Origin: Gammaproteobacteria bacterium
GTDB taxonomy: Bacteria > Pseudomonadota > Gammaproteobacteria > CBDBNL01 > JAAOII01
Assembly (NCBI GenBank): GCA_965215225.1
Contig: OZ244039.1
Coordinates: forward strand, 687,771-751,770
DNA length: 64,000 bases
Direction of reading: 5' to 3'
A program made the translations under genes and the position numbers. Under the pieces are notes generated by a model. It saw nothing but the letters and a program-made list of their open reading frames with translations. It had not been told where the DNA came from and made no database searches. This document shows positions 55,601 to 64,000 of this stretch, in pieces. Position 1 is the stretch's first letter. Each line of letters starts with the position of its first letter.

Positions 55601-58600
55601 GATGAGTTAAAATAAGGCTAAGACGACCGCGATCACATTCTATGTTGTGATTTGCGGGCGCTCTCCGATGAGTTAAAATGGCAACTCCTTAAAGATTACC
55701 CCGAGCTAGTTGTGATTTGCGGGCGCTCTCCGATGAGTTAAAATGAGAAGGGTAAGGGGCGTTACCAAACCGATGTTGTGATTTGCGGGCGCTCTCCGAT
55801 GAGTTAAAATTCATTCTCAAATTCAGCCGTGAGTGTTACCGTTGTGATTTGCGGGCGCTCTCCGATGAGTTAAAATCCCATGCAACCAGCCCTACAACTG
55901 AGCCCGGGTTGTGATTTGCGGGCGCTCTCCGATGAGTTAAAATCGGGGGCGCCGCAATGATAGATAAGCCCCTGGTTGTGATTTGCGGGCGCTCTCCGAT
56001 GAGTTAAAATAGATTAGTGAAGGCGACTTATCGATGATTGGTTGTGATTTGCGGGCGCTCTCCGATGAGTTAAAATGCTTAGTCACGCTGAATTGACCGG
56101 ATGAGAGTTGTGATTTGCGGGCGCTCTCCGATGAGTTAAAATTCGGTACTAAGGACGGGGCGGCTTCAATAAGTTGTGATTTGCGGGCGCTCTCCGATGA
56201 GTTAAAATTTTTAATAGGGAAGTCGCCTTCTTTGCTGAGTTGTGATTTGCGGGCGCTCTCCGATGAGTTAAAATGAACGCCCCGCGATAAATACGGCATG
56301 GACCGTTGTGATTTGCGGGCGCTCTCCGATGAGTTAAAATCGAGCTAAACTGAATGTGGGCGCGCGGTCGTTGTGATTTGCGGGCGCTCTCCGATGAGTT
56401 AAAATTTATAATCATAAGCCTTACTTCTATTATGAGTTGTGATTTGCGGGCGCTCTCCGATGAGTTAAAATCATAGTCATCGGGGTTTGTTCCCACTGCC
56501 CGTTGTGATTTGCGGGCGCTCTCCGATGAGTTAAAATTATGAATGAGCGATTTAATGAGTTATGCCGGTTGTGATTTGCGGGCGCTCTCCGATGAGTTAA
56601 AATCGGCAATCCTAAGGCGCTCTGGCGGAGTAAGTTGTGATTTGCGGGCGCTCTCCGATGAGTTAAAATCGATAAGCCTAGCTGCACATCAGCGGTCGTG
56701 TTGTGATTTGCGGGCGCTCTCCGATGAGTTAAAATTTGAAGGGTGCTGTGAATAGCACCACTAAGGTTGTGATTTGCGGGCGCTCTCCGATGAGTTAAAA
56801 TTAATCGGGGCTGGATTAAAGAGAAAGAGAGGTTGTGATTTGCGGGCGCTCTCCGATGAGTTAAAATTATAGCTCATTCAACGACTTTATGATGGATGTT
56901 GTGATTTGCGGGCGCTCTCCGATGAGTTAAAATGAATGATATCATAGAGACGCGCTTATCACAGTTGTGATTTGCGGGCGCTCTCCGATGAGTTAAAATC
57001 TTAAATAGTGAGGCGCCCGCGGGGGAGCGTTGTGATTTGCGGGCGCTCTCCGATGAGTTAAAATCGATAAGCCTAGCTGCACATCAGCGGTCGTCGTTGT
57101 GATTTGCGGGCGCTCTCCGATGAGTTAAAATTATTACTCATCGGGTCTTATTACTTTGGTCGTTGTGATTTGCGGGCGCTCTCCGATGAGTTAAAATCTT
57201 CTCTGAGCAGAAGTATAGAATCGTGTTGTTGTGATTTGCGGGCGCTCTCCGATGAGTTAAAATTTATAGCGCGCCTTAAGGCAAGGCGCACGGTTGTGAT
57301 TTGCGGGCGCTCTCCGATGAGTTAAAATAGTTGATAACAATGAGCTTAATCATTATGAGTTGTGATTTGCGGGCGCTCTCCGATGAGTTAAAATCGGGCT
57401 CTAAACCAAATCTTAATAAATTTGGTTGTGATTTGCGGGCGCTCTCCGATGAGTTAAAATACTTATAGCGCGCCTTAAGGCAAGGCGCACGTTGTGATTT
57501 GCGGGCGCTCTCCGATGAGTTAAAATATCGCTATCCCTCACTCGCAAGGCAACAATGTTGTGATTTGCGGGCGCTCTCCGATGAGTTAAAATTGAACTCT
57601 ATGACACGGAGGGTAAATTTGTGTTGTGATTTGCGGGCGCTCTCCGATGAGTTAAAATGTATTATTTAAGGCAGCATTCATAGATGAAGTTGTGATTTGC
57701 GGGCGCTCTCCGATGAGTTAAAATAAGTCGGCTACCTTATCTACCATCATTGCCGTTGTGATTTGCGGGCGCTCTCCGATGAGTTAAAATTACCCGAGAC
57801 GGCTGAGTATCAGTTCTCGCGTTGTGATTTGCGGGCGCTCTCCGATGAGTTAAAATTCGCTAAGCACTGGCGGTCCAGCTTGTCTAGTTGTGATTTGCGG
57901 GCGCTCTCCGATGAGTTAAAATTGATACCTACTCATTCAATCAAGCAGTAGAGTTGTGATTTGCGGGCGCTCTCCGATGAGTTAAAATTTAATCGGGACT
58001 CAATCGTCTGGCTTACTAGTTGTGATTTGCGGGCGCTCTCCGATGAGTTAAAATCCAGCGAGGTGATGCGCCTGCCTTTATAGGGTTGTGATTTGCGGGC
58101 GCTCTCCGATGAGTTAAAATTATTCACTATAATGATGATATAACAATCAGGTTGTGATTTGCGGGCGCTCTCCGATGAGTTAAAATCTTTTATTCCGTCA
58201 GATTGCCTTATAATAGGTTGTGATTTGCGGGCGCTCTCCGATGAGTTAAAATACATCGCTTGGGGATGATGGAGTGCCTTAAGTTGTGATTTGCGGGCGC
58301 TCTCCGATGAGTTAAAATTTGTTGCCTTGCGAGTGAGGGATAGCGATAGTTGTGATTTGCGGGCGCTCTCCGATGAGTTAAAATTAAGAAGCGATTGAAA
58401 GGATGTGCTATCATGTTGTGATTTGCGGGCGCTCTCCGATGAGTTAAAATCTTATCAGCTCAGCTCTACCAGCCGGCAAGTTGTGATTTGCGGGCGCTCT
58501 CCGATGAGTTAAAATGAGCGGGGCCCCGCTAAAGAGATACTGGTGGTTGTGATTTGCGGGCGCTCTCCGATGAGTTAAAATACGCCATACCCCGAACTAG

Positions 58601-61600
58601 ATCGAGCGATAGTTGTGATTTGCGGGCGCTCTCCGATGAGTTAAAATGCTCGGTATATTCATCAATCTGCTCCTTACGTTGTGATTTGCGGGCGCTCTCC
58701 GATGAGTTAAAATAGTCTTTATTATATGAATTAGCCAGCCATTGTTGTGATTTGCGGGCGCTCTCCGATGAGTTAAAATAGTCCATCAATTTGGACCGGG
58801 TGAATAATAGTTGTGATTTGCGGGCGCTCTCCGATGAGTTAAAATAGAGAAATATTAGCTGAGTTAGCTAGTCGAGTTGTGATTTGCGGGCGCTCTCCGA
58901 TGAGTTAAAATTCGATCCAGCCGAGCCGTATCATCCTTATGTTGTGATTTGCGGGCGCTCTCCGATGAGTTAAAATGGTTATCTTCGCCAGTCTCTTCGC
59001 AACATTGTTGTGATTTGCGGGCGCTCTCCGATGAGTTAAAATGAGATTTGTTTTCATCCCGCTAATTCAGTTGTTGTGATTTGCGGGCGCTCTCCGATGA
59101 GTTAAAATTGTAGCGCCTATAAGGAATGTCGCACTTCCGTTGTGATTTGCGGGCGCTCTCCGATGAGTTAAAATGACTACTTAAAACTGCCGAGCTCAGT
59201 GAACGTTGTGATTTGCGGGCGCTCTCCGATGAGTTAAAATATATTCATCAGCCAATCTCTTATAACGCCCGTTGTGATTTGCGGGCGCTCTCCGATGAGT
59301 TAAAATCGATCTAGTAATAACTATTGAAGTATTACCAGTTGTGATTTGCGGGCGCTCTCCGATGAGTTAAAATACCTTTTGTTATTAATATAATTCCATA
59401 GGAGTTGTGATTTGCGGGCGCTCTCCGATGAGTTAAAATTCTTATTCCGCTAGTCCGTGGGTAGGAAAGGTTGTGATTTGCGGGCGCTCTCCGATGAGTT
59501 AAAATCCTCCAACCCAACCACTTCTACCCGACCCAGTTGTGATTTGCGGGCGCTCTCCGATGAGTTAAAATAGCCGGCGCCCGAACCTCGAAAGCGTTAA
59601 AGTTGTGATTTGCGGGCGCTCTCCGATGAGTTAAAATCATTCCCCCCAACTAAATTAAAGTAGTTAGGTTGTGATTTGCGGGCGCTCTCCGATGAGTTAA
59701 AATAACTAAGGGCTCTTTCTAACATTCTTAAAGGTTGTGATTTGCGGGCGCTCTCCGATGAGTTAAAATCGCTCTTGCCATTGCCTCAGCTGCTGGTTGG
59801 TTGTGATTTGCGGGCGCTCTCCGATGAGTTAAAATCCACGCGGGAGGAAGGACTTATTTAATGGGTTGTGATTTGCGGGCGCTCTCCGATGAGTTAAAAT
59901 CCCCGCTCATATTGATGACAACGGATTGTTGTTGTGATTTGCGGGCGCTCTCCGATGAGTTAAAATCACTAGCCCCGTGTGGCTGCAATTAAAGGTGTTG
60001 TGATTTGCGGGCGCTCTCCGATGAGTTAAAATGCAGCAAATCGGCTCTTATAGTCAGGATGAGTTGTGATTTGCGGGCGCTCTCCGATGAGTTAAAATTG
60101 ATGAAACGATCAACCGAGCCGCGGGCTGGTTGTGATTTGCGGGCGCTCTCCGATGAGTTAAAATGACCAGCGTCAAGAAAGAGTCAGTAGAAGCGTTGTG
60201 ATTTGCGGGCGCTCTCCGATGAGTTAAAATCATCACTTCCTATTCCGAATTCATTATTAAGTTGTGATTTGCGGGCGCTCTCCGATGAGTTAAAATTGGG
60301 AGGGATGAGCATAGGGACCTATTGGAGTTGTGATTTGCGGGCGCTCTCCGATGAGTTAAAATGCAATCGGTAATCTCTATATTCAGATATCCGTTGTGAT
60401 TTGCGGGCGCTCTCCGATGAGTTAAAATTCGATCCCAGTCCAAACAGCTGAGGCGGCGGTTGTGATTTGCGGGCGCTCTCCGATGAGTTAAAATGCTATC
60501 GCTCACCAATGTGCCGGGCGCACCGTTGTGATTTGCGGGCGCTCTCCGATGAGTTAAAATCTATTCATTATATCTAGTTGTCAACAATAGGTTGTGATTT
60601 GCGGGCGCTCTCCGATGAGTTAAAATCCTAATGAGGTCCGACAAGGCTTTATCTATGTTGTGATTTGCGGGCGCTCTCCGATGAGTTAAAATCTTTGGTG
60701 TTGGGCAGGGGTTTATCTTACTGTTGTGATTTGCGGGCGCTCTCCGATGAGTTAAAATGCATAGTAGTCTTGCGCCTCAGCATTCCTAGTTGTGATTTGC
60801 GGGCGCTCTCCGATGAGTTAAAATACCCAGCTGACTCATACCTACTATGCGACCGTTGTGATTTGCGGGCGCTCTCCGATGAGTTAAAATTAACACTACA
60901 AGACAAGCTACCACTGCTTAGTTGTGATTTGCGGGCGCTCTCCGATGAGTTAAAATCGATAAAAAGAAGTGGGCCTGGCTCGAAGAGTTGTGATTTGCGG
61001 GCGCTCTCCGATGAGTTAAAATTTGCGCTGCGCTAAGGCGTTTTGGACGGCAGTTGTGATTTGCGGGCGCTCTCCGATGAGTTAAAATATTAGGGTAATA
61101 AATCATAACTCGTTTTGAGTTGTGATTTGCGGGCGCTCTCCGATGAGTTAAAATTTAAATACCTACGCCAAAATAAAATAACCAGTTGTGATTTGCGGGC
61201 GCTCTCCGATGAGTTAAAATTGGGCGTGGTGCGAGGAGTGAGATATACCAGTTGTGATTTGCGGGCGCTCTCCGATGAGTTAAAATGTGAGCCTCCCTGC
61301 TTAGAGCACCAAGACGGTTGTGATTTGCGGGCGCTCTCCGATGAGTTAAAATCTTATTACGTTTCGGGTTAGAGCCAGATCGGTTGTGATTTGCGGGCGC
61401 TCTCCGATGAGTTAAAATTAAAGAGCCGATCCCTAATCCATTCGACCAGTTGTGATTTGCGGGCGCTCTCCGATGAGTTAAAATGAAGTGCGGGCCGAGG
61501 CGATTAAGCGCGATGTTGTGATTTGCGGGCGCTCTCCGATGAGTTAAAATACCCGTCTTGGTCGAGGCATGCGATGGCGGGTTGTGATTTGCGGGCGCTC

Positions 61601-63925
61601 TCCGATGAGTTAAAATAACAACTCATTTGGAGGTTCAGATTCTTGTGTTGTGATTTGCGGGCGCTCTCCGATGAGTTAAAATTCACTTTGGCTTTGGTGA
61701 ATGGCTCTAATGTTGTGATTTGCGGGCGCTCTCCGATGAGTTAAAATTGGCAAGCCAACGAGCGTAAGTCGAGCGGGGTTGTGATTTGCGGGCGCTCTCC
61801 GATGAGTTAAAATAACACGGATAACTTTGCCGAGCCGCCCGAAGTTGTGATTTGCGGGCGCTCTCCGATGAGTTAAAATGGACCGCTTCATAATCCTGCC
61901 CGGCCGCTAGTTGTGATTTGCGGGCGCTCTCCGATGAGTTAAAATGATCGAATTGACGCCCAGCAGGATCTGGGCGTTGTGATTTGCGGGCGCTCTCCGA
62001 TGAGTTAAAATCATCACCGCGACGATCGCGGGATGCAAGTCGTTGTGATTTGCGGGCGCTCTCCGATGAGTTAAAATTTTTTTGGCTAGCTGCCTGAACC
62101 AACTAAAGTTGTGATTTGCGGGCGCTCTCCGATGAGTTAAAATAATATATTAAGGAAGTCGCACGCGCAACCAGTTGTGATTTGCGGGCGCTCTCCGATG
62201 AGTTAAAATCCGACATATATTCATTCCAGCGCGTCTTATGTTGTGATTTGCGGGCGCTCTCCGATGAGTTAAAATCAATCGCCTCAGGTTCTCTTACCTT
62301 CATAGGTTGTGATTTGCGGGCGCTCTCCGATGAGTTAAAATCCCCAGACAAATGACTTCTCTTACTAATGAGTTGTGATTTGCGGGCGCTCTCCGATGAG
62401 TTAAAATCGCGCCCGCCGCTCAAGCTTAGGATTGCCCGTTGTGATTTGCGGGCGCTCTCCGATGAGTTAAAATGATAATCTAATAAGGATGCGAGCGCGG
62501 ATGTTGTGATTTGCGGGCGCTCTCCGATGAGTTAAAATGCTGGCTAAGAACTATCTGTTGGAGTTAGGGTTGTGATTTGCGGGCGCTCTCCGATGAGTTA
62601 AAATCTGAAACTGGCGGGCTTCAAGCCCAGCTGGGTTGTGATTTGCGGGCGCTCTCCGATGAGTTAAAATATGTGCAGGCTGAGATAGGAGCGCACTTCA
62701 GTTGTGATTTGCGGGCGCTCTCCGATGAGTTAAAATGCAAAGGACATACTTATCCCATCAGTGCTAGTTGTGATTTGCGGGCGCTCTCCGATGAGTTAAA
62801 ATGGCGTTTGAAAGTTGGGTATCAAGAAACGGGTTGTGATTTGCGGGCGCTCTCCGATGAGTTAAAATTAGGGATAGGGAAGCGCCAATGCTGAGCTAGT
62901 TGTGATTTGCGGGCGCTCTCCGATGAGTTAAAATGTATGTCCTTTGCCTCGTTTACTGAGTTGCGTTGTGATTTGCGGGCGCTCTCCGATGAGTTAAAAT
63001 CAATAAAGAACGAGGACCTGGTGAATATTGGTTGTGATTTGCGGGCGCTCTCCGATGAGTTAAAATTAGCTACCCCGCTAAGACTATTTGCTGATTGTTG
63101 TGATTTGCGGGCGCTCTCCGATGAGTTAAAATTGACTCAATGGCGGATGTTGTGAGCGGGACGTTGTGATTTGCGGGCGCTCTCCGATGAGTTAAAATCC
63201 TTCCCAATGCCTATAAAGAATGGCTTATGTTGTGATTTGCGGGCGCTCTCCGATGAGTTAAAATAAAAGCACCACAGGGGCTCTTTTAATAGAGGTTGTG
63301 ATTTGCGGGCGCTCTCCGATGAGTTAAAATGGATAGCTTTATGTTAGCCGCCCGCAATCAGTTGTGATTTGCGGGCGCTCTCCGATGAGTTAAAATTCAG
63401 ATTAAGGGAATTACTAGTCAGATTAAGTTGTGATTTGCGGGCGCTCTCCGATGAGTTAAAATCAGTTCAATGCACGCCTTCATCGGCGAGGAGTTGTGAT
63501 TTGCGGGCGCTCTCCGATGAGTTAAAATCCAGGTAGTTCAGATTATCCCACACTAAGAGTTGTGATTTGCGGGCGCTCTCCGATGAGTTAAAATTTCTAT
63601 TAAAGGAGATATACTATGGAGAATGTTGTGATTTGCGGGCGCTCTCCGATGAGTTAAAATTCTTAGTCACATCGTTATCACCAATCTCATGTTGTGATTT
63701 GCGGGCGCTCTCCGATGAGTTAAAATTAACACTACAAGACAAGCTACCACTGCTTAGGTTGTGATTTGCGGGCGCTCTCCGATGAGTTAAAATTATTTTT
63801 TGGGCTTCTGTTCTTGAGCTTAGGTTGTGATTTGCGGGCGCTCTCCGATGAGTTAAAATTGAGGACGAGCACATTTATACCGACATTGAGTTGTGATTTG
63901 CGGGCGCTCTCCGATGAGTTAAAAT
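37627..63925 (+). CRISPR. CRISPR array: ~399 copies of 36-bp repeat GTTGTGATTTGCGGGCGCTCTCCGATGAGTTAAAAT, spacers 30 bp (few 29/31), ~398 spacers; one repeat variant G17A at 50842
   Basis: Exact 66-bp periodicity verified at multiple points (37627, 37693, 37759, 37825, 37891, 37957 ... 63890); unique spacers between identical repeats; array ends 63925 followed by unique sequence. Confidence 0.97.
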
Positions 63926-64000
63926 ACTATCCGCAAAAAACAGCGTGAGCAGTGAGAAAAGCCGCTGAGCAAATAAAAAACTGATTTGTTCTGGCGGCTT

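Noticed and set aside
37616-63948. Roughly 150 six-frame ORFs of 60-257 aa inside the array (peptides built from ILTHRRAPANHN, FNSSESARKSQ, CDLRALSDELK units)
   Set aside because: They are translations of the 36-bp CRISPR repeat in different frames joined by spacers. The periodic identical peptide blocks and absence of stops only by chance show these are artefacts, not genes.

Overview
AT-rich (about 40% GC) bacterial chromosomal window, probably a gammaproteobacterium, judged from gene content and order (hemA-prfA, lpxC, hemJ, dnaX-ybaB-recR-map, argG, ilvE, pgsA). It has two parts.

(1) 1-37.5 kb: mostly housekeeping genes on the + strand, interrupted by accessory islands.
- Two paralogous GLUG-motif lipoproteins with thrombospondin-type-3-like Asp-rich Ca-binding repeats, each preceded by duplicated promoter-bearing intergenic repeat modules.
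- An orphan N4/N6-type DNA methyltransferase next to tRNA-Ala(GGC).
- A 220-bp MITE-like element in two inverted copies (16.7 kb and 30.4 kb).
- A 1.3-kb complex minisatellite (30.56-31.86 kb), followed by a repeat-rich hypothetical protein.
- dnaX carrying a huge acidic K/E-repeat insertion.
- A degenerate IS cluster (two inverted IS30-family copies flanking an IS4/IS5-family DDE transposase fragment) at 34.6-37.5 kb.

(2) 37,627-63,925: one gigantic CRISPR array.
- About 399 copies of a 36-bp direct repeat, GTTGTGATTTGCGGGCGCTCTCCGATGAGTTAAAAT, with 30-bp (rarely 29 or 31) spacers, giving about 398 spacers over 26.3 kb.
- No cas genes lie within the 37 kb upstream. The array ends 75 bp before the window edge.
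- The repeat has no internal palindrome and ends in a TAAAAT -10-like hexamer. It resembles type II-C repeats (36 bp / 30 bp, GTTGT...AAAAT), which suggests a tracrRNA-dependent class 2 system with repeat-embedded promoters. No anti-repeat/tracrRNA is visible in this window.
- The array boundary next to the IS cluster carries a G24 homopolymer followed by T8.
- Several spacers are duplicated, either consecutively or at long range. One pair derives from protospacers offset by 2 nt.

All six-frame ORFs inside the array are translation artefacts of the repeat.
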